Below, in pieces: positions 45,548-55,442 of a DNA stretch of 64,000 bases. Every line of letters begins with the position of its first letter. Position 1 is the stretch's first letter. Where the stretch lies: assembly GCA_022822425.1 (NCBI GenBank), contig JAJEBS010000004.1, positions 5,501-69,500 of the forward strand, read 5' to 3'. The notes below the pieces were generated by a model that saw only the letters and a list, made by a program, of their open reading frames with translations, did no database searches and had not been told where the DNA came from. The DNA is from Gemmatimonadota bacterium (GTDB lineage: Bacteria > Gemmatimonadota > Gemmatimonadetes > Longimicrobiales > Gaopeijiaceae). Made by a program: the position numbers and the translations under genes.

Positions 45548-48500
45548 TCAACCACCACCCGCCCGCCAGCGTGCTCGTTGTCGTGCCGCCTTCAGGAGCC
45601 TTACCCGGCGATCGATTCCCAGGGCGGCTGCCGCTTCCGCAGCCGTCTCGGTGACCTCGTATCGCTGAGGGAGCGAATGTCGTAGCCGCAGGAGCGCCTC
45701 TTCGAACTTGAGCCGCGCCCAATGGGCCGGCTGGGTTGTCTCAATGAGCATCGCGATGTCGCTGATGGCGTCCGCACCCGCGCCACCGCCCCTCCACTCG
45801 CGCTGGCGGGCCTTGAACAACGCGAACACCCACGGATCCTCGAACCAGCTCACTGGCGGTTCGGGGACATCGCCGGCCATCTCGCGGGCCATCGACACTT
45901 CCCCCGTGCGCAGCGCGGCCAGGCTGGCGCCCGAATGGCTGATCGTTCCCAGATGGCGCCCCATTCCGGGCATCCAGAGTTGCCGGGCGCGGGCAAAGTG
46001 TGCGGCGCCAAGGTCCGGGTCCCTCGCCTCCAGCGCCAGCTCTCCCATCTTGCAATCCAGGGCAACATGCGCTTCGCAGACATTCACCCCGGCAAGCAGC
46101 GGCGCGGCCTTGGCAAGGCAGTTCCTTGCCTCGTCGAGGCGTCCGATCGCACCGAATCCGGTAGCTGCGCTGACCAGCAGGTTGTAGTGATCGAGGGAAT
46201 CGTCGCAGTTGCCGCCCAGCGTCTCCCCCTCCTCCACCGCCGAGGTGACCTCCGGGTCGGCCATGAGTCCCCTTGCGCCCTGGATCGTAACGAGCCGCGC
46301 CAGGGCCTGCAGCAGTTCATCCGGCGCGCGCGTCCGGCGGGCGATGGCGATGGCTTCGCGGGCGTGCCCGAGGCCGGCATCGAAGTCACCCTGATGATGG
46401 AGCGCGAGGCTGGCGTGCAAGGGGCCCCGTGACTCCGGTGCAACACGCTCCAGCAGCGCTCTGGCGTGAGCGGCGACCCTGTCCGCCTCCGGGCCGTGTC
46501 CTTCTCTTCGGTGGATGTGAAGTTCGAGTTCGATGGCCTTGGCGGCCGCCTTCCAGTGCCTCTGTTCCTCGGCGGTGCGTCCGAGTTCACGGATGCCGGC
46601 TGCCGCCTCTCGCGGAGAGCGGGAGCCCTTGCTCGCGAGCAGGTCGACGCGCAGGAGGTCGGCAACCAGCGCGTTCTCCGGCTGTTGGGAGTTTCGAAGC
46701 TGAGACGCAGCCTCGGTCAAACACGCCGGTCCCTCCACGGTATCCCTGCGCAGGTAGTGAAGATGCGCGACGCGGGCGGCGACCCCGAGTTGGATCTGCG
46801 GATCGTCGGTGTCTTTCCCGACGAGGGCGAAGAGCTTGGCGGCCTCCGCGAGGGCGCCCGCCTTCTCCGCGACCCGGGCTCCGGCCATGGCGTGCCGGAG
46901 CGCGTGAGCCCGCATACCGGCCTGGTGATAGTGCATCGCCAGTTCCGCCGAGGTCCCCGAGGTGTTCACACCATCCAGATGCGCGGCAACGCGACCATGA
47001 ATCCACGCCCTCCGCGCGACGTTCATTCGATCGTAGACCGTATGGAGGATGAGTTCGTGGCTGGCAACAAACCCGCGCGAGTCCCATTCGATCAGCCGGG
47101 ACTGCTGCAGCCGGTCGAGTACCTGCAGGCACGAGTCGTGCGAGCTGCCGGACAATTCGGACAACGTGTCGACTCCCATGGGACGCCCGAGGACGGTGAT
47201 AAGCTGAAGTGCACGTTCGCCGTCGTCATCCAACTCGGTCAGGCGGTCCGCGAAGACTCTGGCGATGGACTGAGGGACCGGCACGAAGTCGTCAGGATCG
47301 AAGTTCGGCAGGCGCTGGCCCGAGTCGGCCTGACGGGTGAGCTGCACGATGAAGAACGGGTTCTGGCCGCTCAGCTCAACGATCCGGTCCCGCACCTCCG
47401 CCTCGATCCGGCTATCGGCAACGGCGTCCACCAGGTTGCCGGCAGCCTCCCTGGTGAGTGCGCCGACAGAGAACTCGCTCGGCTCGTATCGCATCAGGGA
47501 ACCACCCAGCAGCTCACTGACGGAGTCCTTCTCACGCAGGCTCTCGGTCCGGGTCGCGAGCATGACAGCCAACGGGAGGGAGGGCCATCGCTCCAGAACG
47601 TACTGCAGACCTGCTACCGAATCCGAGTCAGCCCATTGGAAATCATCGATGAAGAGGATGGTGGGCTTGTTCCGGCTAACCTCCATAAGCAACCGCCAGA
47701 CTGCTTCAAGGCATCGCCGGTTGGATCGACCGGCCGCGGCCGCACCCGGTTGGGCTGATGATTCCGTACCCCCCGGGGACCTTGACAACAGTTTCTTGAC
47801 GATGCCGCGCCAGGGTTCCGCCAGCTGGTTGATTTCGGTGTCGAGATCAGAGGATCTCAACGCGTCCAGGAGGGTTTCCAGGAAAGAGACCTGCCGGTCC
47901 CTCCTCGCTCGGCTGCGAATGGCTCGGATACCGGTCACCAGGCCCTGGGCGAGGGCTTCTTCTGCGAGCCACGTTTTGCCGATTCCGCGCTCGCCGCGCA
48001 ACACGACCACGCGCAACCCGTTGCCGGGACGAGGGAGTAACGCCCCCATGAGGGCGGCCAGTTCCTCGGGGCGCCCGATCACGGAGTGGTGGCCATCCAC
48101 CGGTCGGGAAGCGGGCTTCGTGTCGGCCTGCCCGCGCATGTGATGAAGGTGGCTGACCAGCGACAGCGTCGCCGCATTTGGGGACCACTCCGGGTCACCC
48201 ATCTCGGACCTTTCCACGAAATCGTGAAAGGCCGCTTCCGCCTCCCCTACCCTTCCGGACATCGCTTCGGCCCGAATCAGCATCCGAAGGGCCCGCTCGT
48301 CATACGGGTTGAACGAGACCAGTAATCGAGCCGCGTCGGCGGCCTGGTGCCAGCGGCCCTGGCCGGCAAGGCGGGTCCACTGTTGCAAGGCAGCCTTTCG
48401 GATCCGACCCAGGAGATGGAGCCTCGTCTCGTCCAGCCATCCCGAGAACTTGTCCGAGGGGGACCTGGTCAGTTCCGAGAGGAAGCCTCGTTTGCATAGT

Positions 48501-48916
48501 TCGGCGGCCTCGGCCAGGCGTTCGTCCGAGATCGCCGCCAGAAGGTCGCTGTAGTCCGTGGCAATCGCCGCGCTCAGGTATTGGCGGTCATGTTTCCTGA
48601 CAACCAGCCGCTCGGGAAACTCCCGGTTCAGCGAGTAGATGAGCTGGCTGATGCGGTGTCTGAGCCGACGGGAAGGCGCAGGCTGCCAGAGCAGACGGAT
48701 GGCGCGCGCTGTCGACACGCCATCCGGCGCGGTCGCGAGCAGGCCGAGCAATGCCGCTCTGAGGGGAGACAACGCAAGATGCCTGGTGCCGGCGTGCAAC
48801 GTGGGACCGCCGAAGGTCACCAAACGAAAAGTTGGGCGGGAATTGCCTTGGTGGGCTTGTGCGTGTCCTGGCTCGAAAGGCCTTTTCTGACATTGTTTCG
48901 ACGCTGCTGGAGTCAC
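45548..48916 (-). CDS. large SARP/BTAD-type winged-helix, AAA (STAND-like) ATPase, TPR regulator
   Basis: N-terminal FRLVTFGGPTL...LSPLRAALLGLLA...RLLWQ... plus a BTAD-like helical region. P-loop VVVLRGERGIGKTWLAEEAL and a Walker B-like ILFIDDFQWAD. About 600 aa of helical/TPR-like repeats. Confidence 0.75.
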   Translation of the reverse strand: MTPAASKQCQKRPFEPGHAQAHQGNSRPTFRLVTFGGPTLHAGTRHLALSPLRAALLGLLATAPDGVSTARAIRLLWQPAPSRRLRHRISQLIYSLNREFPERLVVRKHDRQYLSAAIATDYSDLLAAISDERLAEAAELCKRGFLSELTRSPSDKFSGWLDETRLHLLGRIRKAALQQWTRLAGQGRWHQAADAARLLVSFNPYDERALRMLIRAEAMSGRVGEAEAAFHDFVERSEMGDPEWSPNAATLSLVSHLHHMRGQADTKPASRPVDGHHSVIGRPEELAALMGALLPRPGNGLRVVVLRGERGIGKTWLAEEALAQGLVTGIRAIRSRARRDRQVSFLETLLDALRSSDLDTEINQLAEPWRGIVKKLLSRSPGGTESSAQPGAAAAGRSNRRCLEAVWRLLMEVSRNKPTILFIDDFQWADSDSVAGLQYVLERWPSLPLAVMLATRTESLREKDSVSELLGGSLMRYEPSEFSVGALTREAAGNLVDAVADSRIEAEVRDRIVELSGQNPFFIVQLTRQADSGQRLPNFDPDDFVPVPQSIARVFADRLTELDDDGERALQLITVLGRPMGVDTLSELSGSSHDSCLQVLDRLQQSRLIEWDSRGFVASHELILHTVYDRMNVARRAWIHGRVAAHLDGVNTSGTSAELAMHYHQAGMRAHALRHAMAGARVAEKAGALAEAAKLFALVGKDTDDPQIQLGVAARVAHLHYLRRDTVEGPACLTEAASQLRNSQQPENALVADLLRVDLLASKGSRSPREAAAGIRELGRTAEEQRHWKAAAKAIELELHIHRREGHGPEADRVAAHARALLERVAPESRGPLHASLALHHQGDFDAGLGHAREAIAIARRTRAPDELLQALARLVTIQGARGLMADPEVTSAVEEGETLGGNCDDSLDHYNLLVSAATGFGAIGRLDEARNCLAKAAPLLAGVNVCEAHVALDCKMGELALEARDPDLGAAHFARARQLWMPGMGRHLGTISHSGASLAALRTGEVSMAREMAGDVPEPPVSWFEDPWVFALFKARQREWRGGGAGADAISDIAMLIETTQPAHWARLKFEEALLRLRHSLPQRYEVTETAAEAAAALGIDRRVRLLKAARQRARWRAGGG

Positions 48917-49794
48917 TTGGAGGCCGACCGTCGAGCCGCCAGCTTCCTGGCTCTTCGGGTCGGTTCTCGATGGGCTTGGAACGCGCGGGGCGATCTGCCA
49001 ACTGAGCCGCTGCGCAAGTCATGGGTCAACGCTCCGGTCGCCTTCTCCTTCTGCAACCAGCACTCGATCAGCCACTCCCATCCCAGACAACGCCGGGCGG
49101 TCGAGGGCCGAACTCCGATGAGCCGGTTCATCTGATTGCTCAGCGCGAAGCCGTCGGGATAACCCAGGCCACAGGCGACGGAGTGCAGGCTCTGCGACGA
49201 GTTCTGCAGCCGGAGGACCGCGTGCAGAATCCGGCAGAACTGCAGCCAGTGCGAGGGTACCGGCAGCCCTCTCGACACGAAGCGGCGACCCAGTGCGCGG
49301 CGCGACAGGTAAATCGTCCGGGAGAGGCTGGCGATCGTGGTGAGGTGTCTCGCCAGCCTCACGGTGCGGCGAATGATGTCGCAAGTGCCGCGGTCAACCC
49401 GCAGTCCCCTCCACGCGAGATACTCTGTGAACTCGACCGGGAGGTCGGTTGGTGGGCGGCGGACGAGCGACTTCATGTCACCCGGATCGATGTCCTCGTG
49501 ATGCGGAACGATGGCCGTCGGCCTACATCGCCCGATCAGATGGAGGAGGTCCGTCTCCGGTGTCAGCGATGAAGCGGGGGGAAGAATGAGAATCAGGACG
49601 ACGCCCGCCGGCCTCCGGCGTGCGATCGTCAGGTTGTCGGCCAGCTCCCCCGTCCCCAGACGCCAGATCAAGGCCGAGCCCCTGAGCCCCCGTTCGCGCT
49701 CGATGAACTCGGCCGTAGCCGTGAGCGGGACAAGCTCCCGGTACGGGACGGAGAAGAGCAGAAACGGCGATTGGAGGCGCTTTGTGCGGGGCAT
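48913..49794 (-). CDS. AraC-family-like HTH regulator with unknown N-terminal domain
   Basis: C-terminal HTH pattern LSRRALGRRFVSRGLPVPSHWLQFCRILHAVLRLQNSSQSLHSVACGLGYPDGFALSNQMNRLIGVRPSTAR. ATG at 49794. Its stop overlaps the start of the SARP-AAA-TPR gene (ATGA). The upstream part of ORF to 50799 is antisense to the peptidase gene and was trimmed. Confidence 0.65.
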   Translation of the reverse strand: MPRTKRLQSPFLLFSVPYRELVPLTATAEFIERERGLRGSALIWRLGTGELADNLTIARRRPAGVVLILILPPASSLTPETDLLHLIGRCRPTAIVPHHEDIDPGDMKSLVRRPPTDLPVEFTEYLAWRGLRVDRGTCDIIRRTVRLARHLTTIASLSRTIYLSRRALGRRFVSRGLPVPSHWLQFCRILHAVLRLQNSSQSLHSVACGLGYPDGFALSNQMNRLIGVRPSTARRCLGWEWLIECWLQKEKATGALTHDLRSGSVGRSPRAFQAHREPTRRARKLAARRSASK

Positions 49795-50070
49795 GGGTGC
49801 TTCCTTTGCAAGATGAGGCGACGCACAACAGTAGTCGCCGGCCATCAGCGGCCTATCAGCAAACGAAGACGCAAGGGCACCGGAGGGTTCCTGCGTTGGC
49901 AGTGCCGTATCATTGAAATGTGCTGGCGTCCAGCCCGGGGTGAAGGGTCTCCTGTCCCCGGCGAAGGACGGTGCTGCCCGCTCCGCCCCGCGGCTGGCGC
50001 AACCGGCTTCAAGGCGGAATGATTCCAGTCCGGGTTTGCTCGCCAACCCGGGCACCCATTCAGAAACCAC

Positions 50071-50988
50071 ATGAATCGGACGACGTCCGGGAGGTCGCAG
50101 ATGAACCGGAGCACAACCATGATCGCCATCGGCATCGCACTCGCCCTGGGGACCGCCGGAGACGGCACGACGGCGCCTCTGCGGGCCCAGGATGTGGGTC
50201 CCGCCAACGGATCGCTTGTCGTTGTGGGGGGCGCCATGCAGGATCTGGGCATCGTGCGCCGCTTCATCGACCTGGCGGGCGGCGCCGACGCTCCCATCGT
50301 CGTCATCCCGACTGCGGGCGGCGCGGCCGAATACGACCAGTTCTACCCGGGCCTGCGCCAGTTCCGGGCGGCGGGCGCCACCAACCTGACGGTGATCCAC
50401 ACCAACGACCGCGCCGAAGCCGACAGCGAGGCCTTCGTCAGGCCCATCCGGGAGGCCGGCGGGGTCTGGTTCCCGGGCGGGCGCCAGTGGCGCATCGCCG
50501 ATTCCTACCTGGACACGCGTACCGAGGAGGAACTCCACCGCGTGCTCGAGCGCGGCGGCGTCATCGGCGGCTCCTCCGCCGGCGCCTCGATACAGGGGTC
50601 GTACCTCATCCGCGGCGACACTCGGACCAACACCATCATGATGGGGGACCACGAGGAGGGGTTCGGCTTCCTGCGCAACGTCGGCATCGACCAGCACCTG
50701 CTGCGCCGCAACCGCCAGTTCGACATGCTCGAAGTGATGGAGGCGATGCCCGATCTGCTGGGCATCGGCATCGACGAGAACACCGCGATCGTGGTCCAAG
50801 GCGATGAGTTCGAGGTGATCGGTGAGAGCTACGTCGTCATCTACGACACGGGGGCGCAGATCGACACCGGCGGCGACTTCTATTTCCTGGCCCCGGGGGA
50901 CCGGTTCAACATGGCCACCCGGGAACCCCGGAGGCCGGCCAACACCATACGCCCGCTCGACCGCGTGCAGCGGCGGCCGGGAGGCTAA
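50071..50988 (+). CDS. secreted cyanophycinase-like S51 peptidase
   Basis: LVVVGGAMQDLGIVRRFIDLAGGADAPIVVIPTAG...GVWFPGGRQWRI...GVIGGSSAGASIQG (nucleophile Ser context GxSAGA). N-terminal signal-like segment. The start may be ATG 50101. Confidence 0.78.
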   Translation: MNRTTSGRSQMNRSTTMIAIGIALALGTAGDGTTAPLRAQDVGPANGSLVVVGGAMQDLGIVRRFIDLAGGADAPIVVIPTAGGAAEYDQFYPGLRQFRAAGATNLTVIHTNDRAEADSEAFVRPIREAGGVWFPGGRQWRIADSYLDTRTEEELHRVLERGGVIGGSSAGASIQGSYLIRGDTRTNTIMMGDHEEGFGFLRNVGIDQHLLRRNRQFDMLEVMEAMPDLLGIGIDENTAIVVQGDEFEVIGESYVVIYDTGAQIDTGGDFYFLAPGDRFNMATREPRRPANTIRPLDRVQRRPGG

Positions 50989-51752
50989 TTCCCCGACCCC
51001 GCGGCCTCGGCCAGCGCCGCGAGTTCGTTGTCCAGGATGTCGCGGAAGAGCTGCGTGGGAAGCGCTCCCTGAACGGGGAACCCGTTGATCAGGAAGCTTG
51101 GGGTTCCGCGCAGACCCAGCGCTCTGGCGGCCCGTCCGCCGTCCGCGATGCGGTCTCCCGGCCGCTCCTCGGCGATGCAGGACTCGAACTGCTCGGAGTT
51201 CAGCCCCAGCTCGCCGGCGTAGCCCAGGAAATGGGGCATGGGATCACCGCTGCCCTTCCACGTCCCCTGGTCCTCGAACAGCCGCACCATCATCCCCTCG
51301 AAGTCCCCCTGCTCGCCCGCGCACTCTCCTGCGAGCGCCGACAGATCTCCGTGGGGGAACATCCCGGTCACGATCGGGATGTACTTCCACAGCACGGTTC
51401 CGGCGTCAATGTACTCCTGCTGAAGCACGGGAAAGGTCTCTTCGTGGAACTTGCGGCAGAAGCCACAGCCGAAGTCGCTGAGTTCGGCGATGCGAAGCGT
51501 CGCGTCCGGGCTTCCGAAGTCGAAGCCCAGGCTCGGGAAGTCGATCTGTTCCCCGGGAAGCGTTTCGGGAGGAGTGGCGAAGAGGTTCCGGGTGAGGGGC
51601 TGTGCGGATTCCTCCTCTGCCGGAGGATTCGCCCCGCCCTCTCCGCTCGCGCAGCCGGTCGCCAGTGCGAGAACGAGCGGTGCCAGGGCCCGGAAGCCAA
51701 ACCGTGCCGCGAACCGGTTCCCGGCGGGCGTCGTCGGGTGATGAAGCTTCAT
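50985..51752 (-). CDS. DsbA-family thioredoxin-fold lipoprotein
   Basis: ATG at 51752. Lipobox LALATGC. Active site SDFGCGFCRKF. C-terminal GTPSFLINGFPVQGA. Confidence 0.82.
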   Translation of the reverse strand: MKLHHPTTPAGNRFAARFGFRALAPLVLALATGCASGEGGANPPAEEESAQPLTRNLFATPPETLPGEQIDFPSLGFDFGSPDATLRIAELSDFGCGFCRKFHEETFPVLQQEYIDAGTVLWKYIPIVTGMFPHGDLSALAGECAGEQGDFEGMMVRLFEDQGTWKGSGDPMPHFLGYAGELGLNSEQFESCIAEERPGDRIADGGRAARALGLRGTPSFLINGFPVQGALPTQLFRDILDNELAALAEAAGSGN

Positions 51753-51799
51753 CGTCACGTACCGATCTCGTGAAATTTGCGTGGCAATTCGCGCCACCG

Positions 51800-52198
51800 T
51801 TACCGGTGACGCAGCATGCGAGCGATCAGCACCCCCGTGACCACGCCGACCAGCAGGGAACCGGCCAGCGCCCGCCCGCTCCATACCCGGGGCTCGCGGA
51901 TTCGAGCCGGTTCCGGGCTGTGCGCGGCGAGTATGGTGGATGGTACCCGGTTTGCCCGCTTCCTGACAAGGGCACACGCGATGCATTCGGCGAGCCCGCG
52001 GTCGCGGGCCGTGCGGTTGCCGAAGCTCAGCGACGAACCGCAGTCCGGGCATGTGCCGTCGGTGGGCGCCGGCTCGATCAGGCCGTAGAGGGCGCCCTTG
52101 GAGAGATCCAGCCGCTCGGCGATCCGGTTGACGCTATCGTCCGAGTCCCAGTACATGCGGTTTACCACCTTGGCCAACTCGGTCGGTTCGATGGTCAT
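51800..52198 (-). CDS. hypothetical zinc-ribbon/HTH-like protein with C-terminal TM anchor
   Basis: MTIEPTELAKV...VNRIAERLDLSKGALYGLI...CPDCGSSL...CIAC... then the hydrophobic LAGSLLVGVVTGVLIA. ATG at 52198. Confidence 0.5.
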   Translation of the reverse strand: MTIEPTELAKVVNRMYWDSDDSVNRIAERLDLSKGALYGLIEPAPTDGTCPDCGSSLSFGNRTARDRGLAECIACALVRKRANRVPSTILAAHSPEPARIREPRVWSGRALAGSLLVGVVTGVLIARMLRHR

Positions 52199-52203
52199 CG
52201 ATC

Positions 52204-52968
52204 GTGGTCCTCCGGCTGCCCTTGACCCGGCTCGCGGCAGGCGAACAGAATAGCCCCGCGCCCATCGACATGCGAACAAGCCGGTTCCCCATGCCCCCTG
52301 CAGCGAGTGGAGGATTCCTCCCGATACCCGTCTCGCACGGCCTGTTGGAGGCTGTGCTGCGCCGGCCGCCGGAGGCCCCGCGCGGGGCCGCGGTCATGTG
52401 CCATCCGCATCCCCTGCACGGGGGCACGATGCACACCAAGACCGTGTACCGCGCGGCCCAGGCCATGACCGAGGCCGGGCTGGCGGCGCTCCGCTTCAAC
52501 TTTCGCGGCGTGGGACGGAGCACCGGCTCCTACGACGGCGGGTTCGGCGAAACGGAGGACGCGCGCGCCGCGCTGGGGCACCTCGAGCGTCTCTTTCCGG
52601 GCCTGCCGCTGGTGGCGGGCGGATTCTCGTTCGGGTCGCTGGTCGCGCTGAGGGCGGGCGTCGGCCACGCGCGCGTGGCGGCCATGGTCGGCGTCGGGCT
52701 TGCCTTCGACCTCCACGACTACGGGTTCCTGGCGGACGCGCACTGCCCGGTGCTCATCGTTCAGGGCGAACACGACGAATTCGGTTCGGGAGCCCGGGCC
52801 GCGGAATTCGCGCGCCGACTGGGGGATCCGGTGCACGCGGTCGTCATCCCGGGAGCGGACCACTACTTTCACGGGCACTTCGACGAACTGCGCCGCCGCA
52901 TACGGGAATTCCTCACCCGGCCGGCGGTCGCCCGGGCGCTGGAACGGAGGCGGGTCGGGACAGGATGA
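52204..52968 (+). CDS. alpha/beta hydrolase-fold protein
   Basis: AAVMCHPHPLHGGTMHTKTVY...LRFNFRGVGRSTG...AGGFSFGS (nucleophile elbow)...LIVQGEHDEF. The start is more likely ATG 52270. Confidence 0.75.
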   Translation: MVLRLPLTRLAAGEQNSPAPIDMRTSRFPMPPAASGGFLPIPVSHGLLEAVLRRPPEAPRGAAVMCHPHPLHGGTMHTKTVYRAAQAMTEAGLAALRFNFRGVGRSTGSYDGGFGETEDARAALGHLERLFPGLPLVAGGFSFGSLVALRAGVGHARVAAMVGVGLAFDLHDYGFLADAHCPVLIVQGEHDEFGSGARAAEFARRLGDPVHAVVIPGADHYFHGHFDELRRRIREFLTRPAVARALERRRVGTG

Positions 52969-53216
52969 GAGATCGCAGCCGCATCGTGGGCAATCTGGAG
53001 GCCATCTACACCAGTGCCTTCAGCAGGGCCGAACGCGAGAACGACCGCGCCGAGATGGATCGACTGGACTTCGCCTTCCAGCGCGACCAGCTCTACCTGG
53101 AAACGCTCCTCGACATCCGGGACCTCCTCCTCCCCGAAGCCGAGGGCGCCGTGGACAAGGCCACGAGCCTGATCGACAAGGCGAAGGTCATCAGGAGGGC
53201 CGTCAAGCTGCGGTAG
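52965..53216 (+). CDS. small hypothetical helical protein (83 aa)
   Basis: ATGA overlap with the hydrolase stop. MRDRSRIVGNLEAIYTSAFSRAERENDRAEMDRLDFAFQRDQLYLETLL... No known domain. Confidence 0.45.
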   Translation: MRDRSRIVGNLEAIYTSAFSRAERENDRAEMDRLDFAFQRDQLYLETLLDIRDLLLPEAEGAVDKATSLIDKAKVIRRAVKLR

Positions 53217-53264
53217 GCGGCCGGTCCCGTCCCGCAACGGCGGGACGCTTTGGCAGTCCGGGAG

Positions 53265-53840
53265 TTATCCCATGGGCCGCTGGCGCCGGTCTTCCCGCCC
53301 GGCGGACTTGGACATGTAGATGTCCGGCAGGCCCGGGCCGTTGGCGTCCGGCAGGCACCCGGTGACCACGTAGCCCAGGCGGCGATAGAAGAGAAACGGG
53401 TGTCGGCCGCCAAGGTCCCGCAGTTCGGCGATGTGACGCGGGACATCCTCGTAGAGGTCCACCGCGGCGAGTGAGGTCTGGGCTCCGTCATCATCGGTGC
53501 CGAGCGTGAACGTCAGGGCACCGCGGCGCCGCGCCTCATCCTCGAATGCGGCTACGAGCGCCCTTCCGACCCCACGTAGACGGTGCTCCCGCCGTACGAC
53601 GAGCGGATGCAGCTCCCACACGCGGCCCTCGTACTCCGGCAGGCCGCCGATCCATCCCAGAAGGCGGGTATCCTCGAGAGCGGCGAGGGCGAAGCCCCGA
53701 CGGATGACTTGCGCCAACTCCTCCGTGGCGGATTCCAGGTCCGGCCATCCCCGCGGATGTTCGTCGAAGCCGTGCACGAGCAGCGCCGCCGCCTGTTCGC
53801 GAACGGCGTCGGGCTGGCCGCCAAGCTCGGCGATCGTCAC
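53265..53840 (-). CDS. GNAT-family N-acetyltransferase
   Basis: WELHPLVVRREHRLRGVGRALVAAFEDEARRRGALTFTLGTDD (acetyl-CoA binding R/Q-x-x-G-x-G/A motif). Confidence 0.82.
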   Translation of the reverse strand: MTIAELGGQPDAVREQAAALLVHGFDEHPRGWPDLESATEELAQVIRRGFALAALEDTRLLGWIGGLPEYEGRVWELHPLVVRREHRLRGVGRALVAAFEDEARRRGALTFTLGTDDDGAQTSLAAVDLYEDVPRHIAELRDLGGRHPFLFYRRLGYVVTGCLPDANGPGLPDIYMSKSAGREDRRQRPMG

Positions 53841-53950
53841 ATCTCCCTCCCGGGGTGCGGCTCACGGAACTCTGCCCGGAGCAAGGGTCGCGTACCGGTA
53901 TTATACTCTGCCCGGAACGGCGTGCGACGGCGTGCACGGACCTGCGACGG

Positions 53951-54508
53951 ATGCGGATGAAGATCTATACGAGAAGAGGGGATGAGGGAGACACCGGCCT
54001 TCTGGGAGGCGGGCGGGTCGCCAAGGATCATCCCCGCCTGCGCGCATACGGCTCGGTGGACGAACTCGGCTCGTGTCTCGGGCTCGCCCGCAGCCGGACC
54101 GGGGTTCCGGCGACCGCCGCCCGACTGGTCCGGATCCAGCGCGATCTCTTCGCCATCGGCGCCTCCCTCGCCCTGGCGCCGGCCGCCGAGGGGCGCAAGC
54201 GGCCGCCGGTGCCGGAGGTGCCCGTCGAGCGGGTCGGCGAGATGGAGGAATGGATGGACGAAGCGGACGCCGACCTGCCCCCGCTGCGCAACTTCATCCT
54301 GCCGGGTGGCGCGCCGGCCGCCGCGACGCTGCACCTCGCCCGCTCCGTTTGCCGTCGGGCCGAGCGGGCCACCGTGTCGCTCGCCGCGGTGGAAGCGGTC
54401 GACGAGGGAATCCTCGCCTACCTCAACCGGCTGTCGGACCTCCTCTTCGTGCTGGCGCGCCTCGAGAACCACGCTGCCGGGGTCGCGGACGAGACCTGGG
54501 AGCAGTGA
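53951..54508 (+). CDS. ATP:cob(I)alamin adenosyltransferase, PduO type
   Basis: MKIYTRRGDEGDTGLLGGGRVAKDHPRLRAYGSVDELGSCLG...FILPGGAPAAATLHLARSVCRRAER. Start is ATG 53951 or 53957. Confidence 0.85.
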   Translation: MRMKIYTRRGDEGDTGLLGGGRVAKDHPRLRAYGSVDELGSCLGLARSRTGVPATAARLVRIQRDLFAIGASLALAPAAEGRKRPPVPEVPVERVGEMEEWMDEADADLPPLRNFILPGGAPAAATLHLARSVCRRAERATVSLAAVEAVDEGILAYLNRLSDLLFVLARLENHAAGVADETWEQ

Positions 54509-54708
54509 GCCGCGCCGAGGGGTAGGGTTCACAGCGCAACAGCCGGGCACGAGCGCGTCCCTGGCGAGGGACGTCGTCCTTGCTACCCCCATCGGCTTTT
54601 TGCATCATGTAGCGCGATACCGAGCCGGAAACACGCTCGGCGGGTCCGCGGGGAAAGGAGGGCGGCAATGCGCCATGCCCGGGGACGATCCGAGTCTCAG
54701 GAGGGACC

Positions 54709-54942
54709 ATGACATACATCATCACGGAGCCGTGCATCGGGACCAAGGACGCCAGTTGCGTCGAGGTGTGTCCGGTGGACTGCATCTACGAAACCGAGGA
54801 TCAATACCTCATCCACCCGGATGAGTGCATTGATTGCGGAGCGTGCGAGCCCGAGTGCCCCGTACAGGCCATCTTCCCGGACACGGATGTCCCCGAGGAG
54901 TGGACGAACTACATCGAGAAAAACACGAACTACTTCAGCTGA
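54709..54942 (+). CDS. fdxA: ferredoxin (7Fe-type, [3Fe-4S][4Fe-4S])
   Basis: [27 protein letters not shown]...[21 protein letters not shown]. Confidence 0.88.
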   Translation: MTYIITEPCIGTKDASCVEVCPVDCIYETEDQYLIHPDECIDCGACEPECPVQAIFPDTDVPEEWTNYIEKNTNYFS

Positions 54943-55442
54943 TCAAGGACTGCTTCGGCTGATCGTGCCGGACGGCCGATCCGGGCCGAAGGGTCACCCC
55001 TCCCGGCGGGCGCACGAGCGAAACCCGCCGCGGAATCGGGGCGTCAGACGGTCAGATGCCCAGTCCGCGCACCTGCTCCGGGGTGAGCGCCCTCCGGTAG
55101 GCGTCGCGAGCCCGCGTGCGGTGGCGGGTCCGGGTACCGACGAGGATAAGGGTGGCCACGGCAGCGGCACCCAGCAGACCAACGGTAAAGGCTCGGATGA
55201 TCCCCTCCCCATGTTGCAGATCCCATTTTCCAACCAGCCTTCGCCCGCCTTTACAGCAGGAACCGTGCCCCGCGGAACGCGAGCTTCAAACCCCGCTCGG
55301 AGGCGGCAATTCCCGTACCTGAGGGGCGCTCTCGCGAATCAGGGCCGGCGCGCGGGAACGGAAAACCGGGAATGACCGTTCCGGAGCCACTGAAAACTGA
55401 TGCCTTCCGGGCTCATGATCCGGCCCTCGGCGGGAGGCCTCG

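Noticed and set aside
55040-55215. Possible small membrane protein on the minus strand (..IIRAFTVGLLGAAAVATLILVGTRTRHRTRARDAYRRALTPEQVRGLGI-stop)
   Set aside because: It has a convincing single TM helix and a positive tail. However, no ATG, GTG or TTG start with a ribosome-binding site could be placed in that frame, so it was not annotated.
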